From: Candidatus Eiseniibacteriota bacterium
GTDB taxonomy: Bacteria > Eisenbacteria > RBG-16-71-46
NCBI GenBank assembly: GCA_963717505.1
Contig: OY970342.1
Location: 3,552,001 to 3,616,000 of the forward strand
Length of the DNA: 64,000 nt
Direction: 5' to 3'
Within the stretch, counting starts at the first letter, position 1. Each line of letters opens with the position of its first letter. Below, piece by piece: positions 17,198-30,173 of the stretch. Both the position numbers and the translations under genes were made by a program. The notes beneath the pieces were generated by a model. That model saw only the letters and a program-made list of their open reading frames with translations, searched no databases and was not told where the DNA came from.

Positions 17198-18627
17198 GCA
17201 AGGCCAACATCCTGGTGCTGGACGACCAGGACTCGATCCGACACTTCGTGGCCAAGGCGCTCGAAGAGGACGGATATACGGTGCGCTCGGCCGGCTCCGT
17301 GCGCGAAGCTCGCGCGCTGATCGAGCAGGAGCTGCCGGATGTCGCCATCTTCGATTTCAAGCTGCCCGACGGCAACGGCCTCGAGCTGCTGCGCGAGCTG
17401 AAGAGCCTGCAGTCCGAGATCCCGATCATCCTGATGACCGCGTTCGGCGAGCTGGACACCGCGGTCGAAGCGATGAGCGCGGGGGCGTTCTGGTTCGTCA
17501 AGAAGCCGTTCCAGAACGACGAGTTGCTGGCGCTGGTGGCGCGCGCCCTCGACTCGCAGAAGCTGTGGTTCGAGCTGCGCCGGCTGCGGCACCAGGTGTT
17601 CTCGGACGAGGACTATCTGCACTCGTCGGCCCCGGCGATGCAGGACACCTACTCGATCGCCGAGCAGGTCGCGCGCGGCGACACGACCAGCGTCCTGATC
17701 GAGGGCGAGAGCGGCACCGGCAAGGAGTACTTCGCGAACCTGATCCATCGCATGAGCGCCCGACACGACCGCCCGTTCATCGAGATCAACTGCGCGGCGA
17801 TTCCGAGCGAGCTGCTGGAAAGCGAGCTGTTCGGCCACGAAAAGGGCGCGTTCACCGACGCGCGTGCCCAGAAGCTGGGCCTGATGGAGCTGGCGAGCGG
17901 CGGCACCCTGTTCCTCGACGAAATCGGGGAGATGGCGCCCATGCTGCAGGTCAAGATCCTGCGCGTACTCGAGCGGCGCACCTTCCGCCGGGTCGGCGGC
18001 ACCAAGGACATCTCGGTCAACCTGCGGATCATCTCGGCCACCAACCAGGACCTCGAGCGCCGGGTCGAAGAGGGCCACTTCCGCGAGGACCTGTACTACC
18101 GGCTGAAGGTGGTGCCGATCCACGTCCCGGCCCTGCGCGACCGGCGCGAGGACATCATCCCGCTGTCACGCATGTTCATGGACCGGTTCACGCGCCAGTT
18201 CAAGAAGAACTTCAGGGACATTTCGCCGGCCGCCGAGCGACTATTGCTCGAGTATCCGTGGCCGGGGAACATTCGCGAGTTGAAGAACCTGTTCGAGCGC
18301 ACCGTGTTGCTGGAGAACGGCGCCAGCCTCGAGGCGAATCACCTGAAGCTGGCGTCGCGTTCCCGCCCCTCGGCGGAATCCACGCTGGGGCAAAAGGTCG
18401 ACGGCTACGTGCTCGGCCCGCTGCCGCCCGCCGGGATCCCGTTCGAGGCGCTGGTCGAGGAGGTCGAGCGCGCCTTGATCATGCGGGCCTCGTATGCTAC
18501 CAAGTGGAACCAGAGTCGCACCGCGGAGATGCTCCAGCTCAAGCGAGACAAGCTCCGCTACCGGATGAAGTTGTTCGGCATCCACGCCGAAGGCGAGCCC
18601 CCGACGGCCCGAGCCGTGAACGAATGA
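17194..18627 (+). CDS. Sigma54-dependent response regulator (NtrC/AtoC family)
   Basis: Receiver domain (LDD…DFKLPDGNG), Walker A GESGTGKE, ESELFGHEKGAFTDA, LFLDEIGE, WPGNIRELKN, and a Fis-type HTH. Confidence 0.95.
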   Translation: MSKANILVLDDQDSIRHFVAKALEEDGYTVRSAGSVREARALIEQELPDVAIFDFKLPDGNGLELLRELKSLQSEIPIILMTAFGELDTAVEAMSAGAFWFVKKPFQNDELLALVARALDSQKLWFELRRLRHQVFSDEDYLHSSAPAMQDTYSIAEQVARGDTTSVLIEGESGTGKEYFANLIHRMSARHDRPFIEINCAAIPSELLESELFGHEKGAFTDARAQKLGLMELASGGTLFLDEIGEMAPMLQVKILRVLERRTFRRVGGTKDISVNLRIISATNQDLERRVEEGHFREDLYYRLKVVPIHVPALRDRREDIIPLSRMFMDRFTRQFKKNFRDISPAAERLLLEYPWPGNIRELKNLFERTVLLENGASLEANHLKLASRSRPSAESTLGQKVDGYVLGPLPPAGIPFEALVEEVERALIMRASYATKWNQSRTAEMLQLKRDKLRYRMKLFGIHAEGEPPTARAVNE

Positions 18628-18634
18628 CACGATC

Positions 18635-19153
18635 GTGAAATCCTGGCATCCGTTGGCGCGACTGCTCCCCCTGGGAGCAGTCGTCGTTTTGGGGGCCTGT
18701 GCCTACAGCACCAGCCCGGCCCTGCTGCCGTCCCACGTCAAGACCATCGCAATTCCCGAGTTCGAGAACGAGACCAGCGAGTACCTGCTCGAACGCGAGA
18801 TCACCGAGGCCGTGATCCAGCGTTTCGTCGCCGACAACCACCTGCGGATCGTCGACGAGCGGGTCGCCAACTCGGTGCTGCGCGGCACGGTCGAGGCCTA
18901 CCGCAACTCGGTATTCGGCATCGGCGCCGACACCCGCTCCAACGAATACCGCGTGACCATCGTGGTCTCGGTGGTGTACAAGGACGTGGTCAAGAATCGC
19001 GAGATCTGGAGCGAGGAAGACCTCGTACGCACCGCCAACTACTACGTGGAAACCGTCCCCGGACAAACGGCGCAAACCGAACTCGATGGACGCAAAGCCG
19101 CGATCGCGAAAATCGCCGACGAAATCATCAGCCGCTCCGTCCAGGGCTGGTAG
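18635..19153 (+). CDS. lptE: LptE-family lipoprotein (LPS assembly)
   Basis: Lipobox LGAC followed by AYS, then KTIAIPEFENET, and the C-terminal helix AIAKIADEII. Adjacent to holA and leuS. Confidence 0.8.
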   Translation: MKSWHPLARLLPLGAVVVLGACAYSTSPALLPSHVKTIAIPEFENETSEYLLEREITEAVIQRFVADNHLRIVDERVANSVLRGTVEAYRNSVFGIGADTRSNEYRVTIVVSVVYKDVVKNREIWSEEDLVRTANYYVETVPGQTAQTELDGRKAAIAKIADEIISRSVQGW

Positions 19154-20150
19154 CGACGTCGTACGGCCAGGCCGCCCGGCGGCGGCCGGACCGCGCGCGC
19201 CACGCGGCGTCGGCGCATTGCTCGAGCGCTGGGACACCGGCAGCTTCGCGCCTTCGACCTACTTCGAGGGTCCGAGCGAGGCGGTCAAGGGCGCCCTGCT
19301 GGTCGAGCTCAAGGCCGCGTGGGCCGTTCGCCACCCGGGGGCGCCGCCGCCGCGCGTGTTCCGCGGAGCCGAATCCGGCGTGGACCAGATCCTGGCGGCG
19401 TTCCAGAGCGCCTCGCTGTTCAGCGCGAGCGAGCTGGTGCTGGTGCTCGATGTCGAGGACCTGGGGCGAAGCGAGAAGCGGGTCGAGGCCCTGGCGGCCG
19501 GCATCGCCCGGGGCAGCGGCGAATCGGTCATCGTCCTGATCGAGTCGGCTGCGGAAACGCCGCGCAAGTCCCTCGAATCCGTGCGCACGGCCTGCGCCGA
19601 GCGACTGCTCGCAGCACCGCTCTCGCGCACCGAACTTTCCGCCTGGGCGCGCCACCGTTTCGCGCGCGAGGCGATCGTGGCAACCCAGCCGGCTATCGAT
19701 GCCCTGGTCGACGCCTGCGAAGGCGATCCGCTGGCATTCTTCAATGAGCTCGACAAACTGTGCGCCTGGGCCGGAAGCCAGGGGAGCCTGGATGCGCCCG
19801 AGGTGGGGGAGCTGCTGCGCCCGGTGGTGGGCGCCGACCTGCCCGAATACCTGAGTGCCGTGGCCCTGGGGGACCCCGGTGTCGCGGCCCGCCGGCTGGG
19901 CCGACTGCTGGCCGCCGGAGTCAGCGAGGGCACTGTCCTGTTCGCGCTCTCGAACCTGGTGGGTGGCGCACTCGGGGGCTGGGCGCGCTATCGCGCCCCC
20001 AGCGAGTCGCTGAAGCGGCGCGTGTCACCCGCCGGTCTCGACCGATCGCTCGATGCCGTCTACCGCGCCGAAGCGGCCTGGAAGGGCGGGCGCGCCGACA
20101 TCGTTGCGCTGCTGGAACAGACCACGCGGTCGCTGTGCGGCGCCCGCTGA
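19086..20150 (+). CDS. holA: DNA polymerase III delta subunit (start uncertain, true start probably after 19150)
   Basis: Motifs SASLFSASELVLV and GDPLAFFNELDKLCAW. Conserved lptE/holA/leuS neighbourhood. Confidence 0.72.
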   Translation: MDAKPRSRKSPTKSSAAPSRAGSDVVRPGRPAAAGPRAPRGVGALLERWDTGSFAPSTYFEGPSEAVKGALLVELKAAWAVRHPGAPPPRVFRGAESGVDQILAAFQSASLFSASELVLVLDVEDLGRSEKRVEALAAGIARGSGESVIVLIESAAETPRKSLESVRTACAERLLAAPLSRTELSAWARHRFAREAIVATQPAIDALVDACEGDPLAFFNELDKLCAWAGSQGSLDAPEVGELLRPVVGADLPEYLSAVALGDPGVAARRLGRLLAAGVSEGTVLFALSNLVGGALGGWARYRAPSESLKRRVSPAGLDRSLDAVYRAEAAWKGGRADIVALLEQTTRSLCGAR

Positions 20151-20225
20151 ACTATGCTGGCCCGCTCCTAGTCCCGTATCCGCACCATCCCAGACTCCAT
20201 GCGCGAGGAATCGAGCGCCCCCAAG

Positions 20226-22654
<2,429 letters not shown>

Positions 22655-22658
<4 letters not shown>

Positions 22659-23209
22659 GAATCGCAGCGACCAGGTTGTGGACCGTGGTGGTTCTGGCCT
22701 CGACGACTGCGGCGACGGCGCACGGCGCGACCCACGACTCGACGGCGTCGCACGGCCACGATGCGGCGCGGCCGGCACGCGTGCCTGCGGACGGGGACAC
22801 CGTGCTTCGGGTGATCGGGTCGGTGGGCCGGCCGGTCGCGCTGACCATGGCCGAGTTTCGCCGCCTGCCGCACCGAGCCCTGAACGCCGAAGGCCACGAC
22901 ACGCGCAAATCCGAGTTTCGAGGCGTGGACTTGTACGAGCTGCTCAAGCGCGCGGAAGTGCCCCAGGGCAAGGACGTGCGCGGCCCGCGCATCGCGCGCG
23001 TGGTGATGGTCGAAAGCGCCGACGGCTACCGCGCCGCGTTCGCGATGGCCGAAGCCGACACCAGTTTCTCGAATCGTGCGGTCCTGGTCGCAGACTTACG
23101 GGACGGGAAGCCGGATCCCGAAGGGCCGCTGCGCCTGGTGGTGCCGAGCGACAGCCGCTTCGGCCGTTGGGTGCGCGACGTGGTTCGCATCCGGGTGCTC
23201 GAGCCCTAG
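22655..23209 (+). CDS. Secreted molybdopterin-oxidoreductase-like (Oxidored_molyb) domain protein
   Basis: Signal peptide, His-rich linker, [20 protein letters not shown] and [10 protein letters not shown]…RWVR. ATGA overlap with leuS. Confidence 0.75.
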
Positions 23210-24153
23210 TGCGGGCGCGGGCGCCTTTCGCGGCCGCACTGATCTTCCTCGCGACTCCGGTGCACGCCGGGCCGAGCGGAGCTCAGATCTGGGTGGACAA
23301 CGACTACCTCAATTTCTGGGTGCCGCCCGACGAACGCGACGACGTCGGTTACACGAACGGCGTCGAACTGTCGCTCGTGTTCGAAGGCTCGCCGGCGTGG
23401 CTGCGCCGACTGGCCCCGAAACGACTCGAGGGCAGCGAAAGGGACTCGCCGGCGCGCACCGTCGCCAGCCTGCGCCAGGAGATCTACGTCCCGTGGACCG
23501 CCACCGGCGACCGGCCGTTCGCCGGATTGCTCGAGTTCGGGCTCGGCCTCAGGCGGGAGACGGACGATCGATTGCGCGAAGGCCGGCTGAGGATCGGGGT
23601 CACTGGACCGCCGTCGCTGGCCGAGGACGTCTACACCTGGTTCCACAAGACGTTCGGCTTCGAGCCGCGCACCTGGGTCGATCAACTGCCGGCCGAGCCG
23701 GTATTTCGTGCCGACTACGAAGAAGTCGGACGCTGGAATCCCCAATCGCTCGATCGAATGCGACTCGACATCGGCCCGCGCTGGCGAGCCCGACTGGGAA
23801 CCATGAACACCGACTTCCGCGTGGGCGTCGACGTGGTCGCCGGCTTGGACCCGCCGCCGGTCTGGGGCGGCGACCGGACGGCGGCAGGCTGGTCTTGGTA
23901 CGGCACCGGGGCGCTCCGGCTCGACACGGTGCTGCGCGACGGATTCCTCGAGGGCACGTTCTTCAAACCCAGCCAGGGCGTGGACTGGATCGTATTCGTG
24001 CCCGAGATCCAGGGCGGGCTCGGCGTCCGCTACCAGCACACTCGGCTCGAGTGGCGGGTTCAGCGTCGCGGGAGGGAGTTCCCGGAGCAGCCCGAGCCCC
24101 ATACGTACTCGACCCTGATTCTGACCTGGACCCCAGGCCCGACCCCGTTCTAG
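23209..24153 (+). CDS. Lipid A deacylase LpxR-family (DUF2219) outer-membrane protein
   Basis: Motifs DND…DxxYTNG, QEIYVP, DRPFAGLL, GVTGPPSLAE and REFPEQ…H. The GTG start overlaps the preceding TAG. Confidence 0.8.
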   Translation: MRARAPFAAALIFLATPVHAGPSGAQIWVDNDYLNFWVPPDERDDVGYTNGVELSLVFEGSPAWLRRLAPKRLEGSERDSPARTVASLRQEIYVPWTATGDRPFAGLLEFGLGLRRETDDRLREGRLRIGVTGPPSLAEDVYTWFHKTFGFEPRTWVDQLPAEPVFRADYEEVGRWNPQSLDRMRLDIGPRWRARLGTMNTDFRVGVDVVAGLDPPPVWGGDRTAAGWSWYGTGALRLDTVLRDGFLEGTFFKPSQGVDWIVFVPEIQGGLGVRYQHTRLEWRVQRRGREFPEQPEPHTYSTLILTWTPGPTPF

Positions 24154-24254
24154 GTCGACATAATGCTTCTTATGCGAAGCGCAGCACCCGTGACGACGGC
24201 TGGCCGATTTCCTGGACGCCCTGCTGAAAGTGTCCGGTAATGGTCGGACCGGCG

Positions 24255-26990
24255 TCAGTGCATCACAACCAGCCTGCGCGCCCCGATTCGCCAGCCGTCG
24301 ACCTCGAGTGTGACGAAGTAGATTCCGGAGGCGACCGGTGCACCGCCGTCTCGGCGTCCGTCCCAGACCACACGATGCTGCCCTGCTTCCCAATGGCCTT
24401 CGGCGAATCGGCGCACCACGCGCCCGGCAACATCATGGACCCTCGCCTGGACGCTCGCCCCCCGAGCCAGACGAAACTCGAGGCTGGCGGAACCGTTGGT
24501 TGGGTTCGGTCCGAGGCTTTCGATCCGTGTCGTCTGCGCAGGAACTGGTGCTTCCACGCCCAAGATGCCGTCCACGGTGAGCGTAGCGGCTGCACTCGTG
24601 TCCGCGCCGGTCGCGTTGCTGACCACCAGCGTGTAGGGACCGGCATCGGGGACCGAGACGTTCGCAATGTGCAGCGTCGGCTCGTTGGCCCCAAGGATCG
24701 AGCCCATTGCTGACGGACCGTCGGCCAGCGGGATTCCATAGTGGTGCCATTGAAGCGTCAGCCCTTCGTAGCCGCTCGCCGGCCGAGACGTGAAGGCCAC
24801 GTCGCCGCCCGAAGACGCGCTTTGCCCCACAGGGTTGTAGGCGATCCACGGCAGTCCCGTCGGCGGGTATCGTGCCCAACCCGGTGAGATCACCCCAGCG
24901 GCGCTCGGGAAAATGCCTCCGGCGTGTACTTCGTTCTGGTACGGATGCAGGGCTTTGACGTTTCCGGAGGGCCCGCCTCCCGCCGCGTACCACGCCACAC
25001 CATCCCAGTAGGCCACGTGGGCCACGTTCACCCCACCCACAGAGAAAAAGTCGCCACCGATGTACAGCCGATTGCCGACTGACGCGAGCCCTCGCACCGG
25101 CGCATCCGTGCCGCCGGTCGAGAAGGTCGAGTAGTTGAAGCCGTCGTATCGGGCGAGATTCGGAGAGGCATTGATTCCCGGGTATTGCCCCCCGATCACC
25201 AGCTGGCCCTCGTGGACCTCGAGCGCGTAGACGTTACCCAGGAAGAAGCCGCCGACCTGGCTCCACGAGACACCGTCCCAGCGCGCGAGCCCGCCGGTCG
25301 ACACCCCGCCGGCCGTGGTGAATTGGCCTCCGGCGTAGAGATAGCCACCGTAGGATTCGAGCGCGAACACCGCACCATTCATGCCCGCGCCGAGCGGTTC
25401 CCAAACGTCGGTGGCTTCGTTCCAGCGCGCGATTCGATTGACACCCATGGAAGAGAACGTGAACGTGCCGGCGGCGTAGGTTTGCCCGTTGTGGCGCTTG
25501 ATCGCGGTGACCCCATTGTTGAAGCCGGCACCCATCGGCTGCCACGCCGGGGGCGGGAACACGTCGGTCGGATCTTCATCCCAACGCGCGATGAAGTTGG
25601 CCGTGGTTCCTCCCGCCTGCGTGAAGGAACCGCCGGCGATCAGTTCGTAGTCTCCACTGAAACCGTTGTACTTGAAGGTCTCCAACGCAAAGATCGAGTT
25701 GTCCATGCCGAGGCCGAAGGTCGAAAGCTCGACCCCGTCGAATGCGGCGATGTTGTTCGCCGTCTGCCCGGTCAACGACTGCTGGAATAGCCCACCCCCC
25801 ACTTCGCGTCCGCGATAGTTGGTCAACGCAAACACGCCGGTCACCGTGCCACCGCCGAGTGGGCCACATTGAGACCCGTTCCAACGCGCCATGTGACCGA
25901 CCGGAGTGCCACAGAAGTGTCTGAACCACCCGCCAGCGATCAGGTCGTCGTCCAGGGGCGCGAGGCACCGGATCCAGTCGTCGGCTCCGGCCAGGGCGTC
26001 CCACGACGAGCCGTTCCACCGCGCCAGGAAGCAGTTGTATCCCATTACGTCCGAATACGCGTTCACGGCCGCGATGAAGTCGCCATTGTAGTGAGCGAAA
26101 GCGTCGATCGACGTCTGGCCGCCGGTGAAGATGGTGCCCATCGGCAGCCAGGTGGTGCCGTTCCAGCGCACCAGCGACACCGATGTGTTGCCCTCGAAAG
26201 TGAAGGGGCCTGCGACGAGTTCACCATTGTGAATCGCGAGCCGGAATACCTGCGCCCCCGAGGGTCCGGTGCCGCCAACCAGGGGGTGCCACGCCGAACC
26301 ATTCCAGGCCGCGACGAATTGCGCCGGAGAACCACCCGCCGAGGTGAACTGCCCCCCCGCGACCAGCTCGCCGTTGTAAAGGGCAATGCTCCAAACGGAG
26401 CCGTTGGTTCCGGAACCGAGCGGGCTCCACGATGTGCCGTCCCACCGCGCGATGTTGCTCGCCGGTTGACCGCCGGCGCCGGAAAAGACCCCACCCGCGA
26501 TCAGCTCGCCGTTGTAGACTGCAAGACACAGCGCACGACCCGTAAGTCCGCTGCCTAACGGCTGCCAGGACGAACCATCCCAGCGAGCGATGTAGTTTGC
26601 AGGCTGGCCGCCGGCATTGAGGAAGTCGCCGCCGGCGATCAGTTCGCCGTTGAAGACCGTCAGGCATTCCACGTGACTCGCATCGCCATCGACCCCGGCG
26701 CCCAATGGTTCCCAGCGACCCGAAGCGGGATTGCGCGCGGCGATGTGGTTGACGAGAACACCCTCGATACTGGTGAGGTACCCCCCGACCACCAGGCGCG
26801 GTGACTGGGGTCCGACGCCGTCCGGATCCCAGTACTCGAAGGCCTCGACGACGGAATTGGCGCCGTCTGGCGCGTTGGTCAGCGGACCGGAAATCCAGGG
26901 TCCCTCGATCCAGCTCGGGGCCTGGGCCCTTGCCGGCTTCGGTATCAGCAGAACCGCCAGGGCGAGGATTGCGATCGTTCGGGCGACCAT
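24255..26990 (-). CDS. Secreted beta-propeller repeat protein with Ig domain and FlgD-Ig/T9SS-type C-terminal domain
   Basis: Signal peptide and many LIAGGxFxxAGGxxAxxIARWDGxxWxPLGxG repeats. Ig-like segment LQW…DAGPYTLVVSN. C-terminus PNP…HDVAGRVVR…WDG…SGIYFV. Confidence 0.87.
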   Translation of the reverse strand: MVARTIAILALAVLLIPKPARAQAPSWIEGPWISGPLTNAPDGANSVVEAFEYWDPDGVGPQSPRLVVGGYLTSIEGVLVNHIAARNPASGRWEPLGAGVDGDASHVECLTVFNGELIAGGDFLNAGGQPANYIARWDGSSWQPLGSGLTGRALCLAVYNGELIAGGVFSGAGGQPASNIARWDGTSWSPLGSGTNGSVWSIALYNGELVAGGQFTSAGGSPAQFVAAWNGSAWHPLVGGTGPSGAQVFRLAIHNGELVAGPFTFEGNTSVSLVRWNGTTWLPMGTIFTGGQTSIDAFAHYNGDFIAAVNAYSDVMGYNCFLARWNGSSWDALAGADDWIRCLAPLDDDLIAGGWFRHFCGTPVGHMARWNGSQCGPLGGGTVTGVFALTNYRGREVGGGLFQQSLTGQTANNIAAFDGVELSTFGLGMDNSIFALETFKYNGFSGDYELIAGGSFTQAGGTTANFIARWDEDPTDVFPPPAWQPMGAGFNNGVTAIKRHNGQTYAAGTFTFSSMGVNRIARWNEATDVWEPLGAGMNGAVFALESYGGYLYAGGQFTTAGGVSTGGLARWDGVSWSQVGGFFLGNVYALEVHEGQLVIGGQYPGINASPNLARYDGFNYSTFSTGGTDAPVRGLASVGNRLYIGGDFFSVGGVNVAHVAYWDGVAWYAAGGGPSGNVKALHPYQNEVHAGGIFPSAAGVISPGWARYPPTGLPWIAYNPVGQSASSGGDVAFTSRPASGYEGLTLQWHHYGIPLADGPSAMGSILGANEPTLHIANVSVPDAGPYTLVVSNATGADTSAAATLTVDGILGVEAPVPAQTTRIESLGPNPTNGSASLEFRLARGASVQARVHDVAGRVVRRFAEGHWEAGQHRVVWDGRRDGGAPVASGIYFVTLEVDGWRIGARRLVVMH

Positions 26991-27196
26991 AATAAGCTCC
27001 TGGACCAGGTGGACGGCCGTCGCCGTGCGGCGGACAACCCGGGGCCTTCCCGGAGCCGCCTACCATTCCTACGTCTCGGGGTCCAGGCCCGAACAGACCT
27101 TTTGTAGGTCGGTGCGCCCTCCCCGGGGCCCTCTCCACTGGCGGGCTGCGGAGTTCGCCTAGAGGCGCCCACCCCGATCGAACTACTCTTGCTCCC

Positions 27197-28555
27197 GTGC
27201 GCTCCATAGATCCAACCACGGGCCAGATCCTTCGCGAATACCCTCCGCACGGAGAAGCGGAGATCGGCCGGCGCGTGGACCTAACGGCCAAAGCCTTCCC
27301 GCTCTGGCGCGACACGCCGGTCTCCGATCGCTCGACCGTCTTATCCGCGATCGCGGCCAGGCTGCGCTCCGAGCGCCAGAGCCTCGCCGACCTGATGACT
27401 GCGGAAATGGGCAAGCCCATCGCCCAGGCATTTTCGGAGGTCGACAAGTGCGCGACCACGTGCGAGCACTACGCAGAGCACGGGGCCCGTTACCTCGCAC
27501 CCGAGCCCGTCCAGACCGAAGCCTCACGGAGCCTGGTCCGCTGCGACCCGCTGGGCGTGATCCTCGCGATCATGCCGTGGAATTTCCCGCTTTGGCAGGT
27601 GTTTCGCGCCGCGGCACCCGCGCTCATGGCCGGGAACGTGGTCGTCCTCAAGCATGCCTCGAACGTCTCGGGCTGTGCGCTGGCGATCGAGGCCTTGTTC
27701 ACCGGCGCCGGCGCGCCGCCGGGCATCTTCGCAACGCTGCTGATCGACGCCGGCCGCGCCCAGGCGCTGATCGCGGATCTGCGAATTGCCGCTGTGACGA
27801 TCACCGGCAGTGAAGCCGCCGGGAAGTCGGTTGCCGCGAGGGCCGGACAGGCGCTCAAGAAGTGCGTGCTCGAGCTGGGCGGCTCGGACCCGTTCATCGT
27901 GCTCGCAGACGCCGACCTCGACGCGGCCGCCCGGCACGCCGCCGAGGCGCGGTTGATCAACAACGGGCAGAGCTGCATCGCCGCCAAGCGGTTCATCGTC
28001 GAATCCGGCATCGCGGACCGGTTCGAGGCCGCCTTCACGCAACACATGAAGGACACCCGAGTGGGCGATCCGCGCGAGCCAGGCACCCAGCTCGGACCTC
28101 TCGCCCGCGCCGACCTGCGCGACGACCTGCACGACCAGGTCCACCGCACTCTGGCCGCGGGCGCGCACCTCGCCACCGGGGGCCATGCCCTCGACCGACG
28201 GGGGTTCTTCTACGCCCCCACCGTGATCACCAGCGTCGAGCCGGGCATGGCGGCGTTCGACGAAGAGACCTTCGGTCCGGTCGCGGCGGTGACCCGTGCG
28301 CGCGACGCCGACCACGCCATCGCCCTGGCCAACGGATCACGCTACGGCCTGGGCGCCAGCCTGTGGACCGGCGACCTCGATCGCGCCGGTCGTTTGGCGG
28401 AGCGCCTCGAGGTTGGTTCGGTGTTCGTCAACGGCATCGTGCGTTCGGACCCTCGCCTGCCGTTCGGCGGTATCAAGCACTCGGGCCATGGGCGCGAGCT
28501 GGGGCAGGCGGGCATCCGCGAGTTCGTGAACCTCAAGACGGTCTGGATCGCCTGA
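27197..28555 (+). CDS. NAD(P)-dependent succinate-semialdehyde dehydrogenase-like aldehyde dehydrogenase
   Basis: Motifs EMGKPI, IMPWNFPLWQV, LKHASNV, TGSEAAG, LELGGSDP, NGQSCIAAKR, EETFGP and PFGGIKHSG. Confidence 0.93.
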   Translation: MRSIDPTTGQILREYPPHGEAEIGRRVDLTAKAFPLWRDTPVSDRSTVLSAIAARLRSERQSLADLMTAEMGKPIAQAFSEVDKCATTCEHYAEHGARYLAPEPVQTEASRSLVRCDPLGVILAIMPWNFPLWQVFRAAAPALMAGNVVVLKHASNVSGCALAIEALFTGAGAPPGIFATLLIDAGRAQALIADLRIAAVTITGSEAAGKSVAARAGQALKKCVLELGGSDPFIVLADADLDAAARHAAEARLINNGQSCIAAKRFIVESGIADRFEAAFTQHMKDTRVGDPREPGTQLGPLARADLRDDLHDQVHRTLAAGAHLATGGHALDRRGFFYAPTVITSVEPGMAAFDEETFGPVAAVTRARDADHAIALANGSRYGLGASLWTGDLDRAGRLAERLEVGSVFVNGIVRSDPRLPFGGIKHSGHGRELGQAGIREFVNLKTVWIA

Positions 28556-28597
28556 ACGACGGGCAGCTCACTCGCGCCCCCGACCCTCCGCCAGGCC

Positions 28598-28613
28598 TGG
28601 CCCAGCATTTGCA
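28598..28613 (+). promoter_or_regulatory. Putative sigma54 (-24/-12) promoter
   Basis: TGGC-CCAGCAT-TTGCA matches the TGGC-N7-TTGCW spacing and lies in the intergenic region upstream of the hydroxylase-like gene. Confidence 0.45.
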
Positions 28614-28788
28614 AGACCTGCTCGCTGCCCGTAAACTGAGCGGGCTTCCGTCGCAGTCCGCTGGTGTTCCTTGCCAATGGATTTGAGTTCGGGTTCAAGA
28701 TTCCGCCAGTGCCGTCGCCGGCGGATTTCTTGTGGCACATTCCGCGGAATCACTTGGAGTCGCCTATGAGGGGAACAGCTCAATAACG

Positions 28789-29619
28789 ATGACTCGCGTA
28801 CAGAAGCCGTTTTCGATCACTTGGTTCAGCATTCAGTCACTTGGGCAATACGCGCTATTGCTTATTGCCTTCAGGTTCCTACTGCCCACGGTATGGGACC
28901 GGCAGCTCGCAGCCGGCTGGGGCGCGTTCCTGCTCGCCTTCCTTGGCATGCACCTGTTCCTCTGCTTCTTCGAGTGGGCCTTTCATCGCTATGTCCTCCA
29001 TTCCATCACGGTCCCGTTGCTCACACGGTTCGCGAGAGGACACCGGAGTCACCACGGTCTGACGCCGATCCGCCTGCAGCCGGTGGTGGCGGGTTCGGAT
29101 CGGTGCGTGCTCAATCGCTACCCGATCACGGAAGACGAGCAGCACGTCGACGCCGCATTTCCTGTCTACTCGACCGCGTGCTTCTGGCTCCTCTTCAGTC
29201 CCTTGCTGATCGGAGTCCAGCTGCTTCTGCCCGGCATGCCCATCCTCCTCGGCGGGTACACGGCGATCACCTGGTCCATGGCCCTGTACGAGATCCTGCA
29301 CACCATCGAGCACCGGCCCTACGAATGGTGGAAGGTTGCGACCGAGCATCCGCGAGTCGGATTCGTGTGGCGCAAGCTGTATGGCTTTCACCACATGCAT
29401 CACGCCAATATCTCGTGCAATGAGGCGATCTCTGGATTCTTCGGCCTTCCGATCGCGGACTGGGTTTTCCGGACCTACCACCAACCCAGGGAACTCCTGC
29501 TCGAGGGACGCGTGGCAACCGCGAAAGACTTCGCGGTTCGACCTCCGCTGGGCGTGGTGCGATGGCTGGACCGCTGGGCCAGGAAGCGCGAGGCCCACAT
29601 TCGTCACGCGGAGCATTGA
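28789..29619 (+). CDS. Fatty acid hydroxylase / sterol desaturase superfamily membrane protein
   Basis: His boxes EWAFHRYVLH, HRSHH, YEILHTIEH and HHMHH, with TM segments. Confidence 0.8.
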   Translation: MTRVQKPFSITWFSIQSLGQYALLLIAFRFLLPTVWDRQLAAGWGAFLLAFLGMHLFLCFFEWAFHRYVLHSITVPLLTRFARGHRSHHGLTPIRLQPVVAGSDRCVLNRYPITEDEQHVDAAFPVYSTACFWLLFSPLLIGVQLLLPGMPILLGGYTAITWSMALYEILHTIEHRPYEWWKVATEHPRVGFVWRKLYGFHHMHHANISCNEAISGFFGLPIADWVFRTYHQPRELLLEGRVATAKDFAVRPPLGVVRWLDRWARKREAHIRHAEH

Positions 29620-29695
29620 CGGTCGGCGTTGCCTTCGCCCACCGGGCTCGACGCCGCTTCAAATCACCGGAACTCATCTCATCAAGGAGACACCC

Positions 29696-30169
29696 ATGCG
29701 CCGCATGCTGATCCTATGCGCTGTCCTGCTGTTTGGCTGTGCCAAGTCGGAGCCACCCGCTTCGCAGTCCACTCCCGTTGGCGGAGAGGGCGGAATGGCG
29801 ACCATTTCGCTCGCCGACATTGCCGGGACGTGGGATGGGACCGTGACGGCCGCTGGCAGCGATACCGTGCTCACCCTCGTAGTGCTGACCGCTACCGATG
29901 GTGCGACGGGTTGGACGATGAAGGTGGCAAACGCCCAGACCCCCACGGTGTGGTCGGAAGCTCCCATACGAAGCGTGGCTGCTGAAGGCGACAGCGTGGT
30001 CGTCGAGTCGGCACCATTCCAGAGCGTCCTGCGCCCCGGACAGGAAGTCACGACCCATGCGGTCTATCGACTGGAGAACGGAACCCTCATGGGAACGATC
30101 CAGGCGACCTATCCCGCCAGTGGCGAAACGGTGACTTTGTACAGCGTGGCGACGCGACAGGTTCAGTAG
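29696..30169 (+). CDS. Hypothetical lipoprotein (beta-rich)
   Basis: AAGGAG RBS, lipobox MRRMLILCAVLLFGC, and LADIAGTW. Confidence 0.75.
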   Translation: MRRMLILCAVLLFGCAKSEPPASQSTPVGGEGGMATISLADIAGTWDGTVTAAGSDTVLTLVVLTATDGATGWTMKVANAQTPTVWSEAPIRSVAAEGDSVVVESAPFQSVLRPGQEVTTHAVYRLENGTLMGTIQATYPASGETVTLYSVATRQVQ

Positions 30170-30173
30170 CCGC

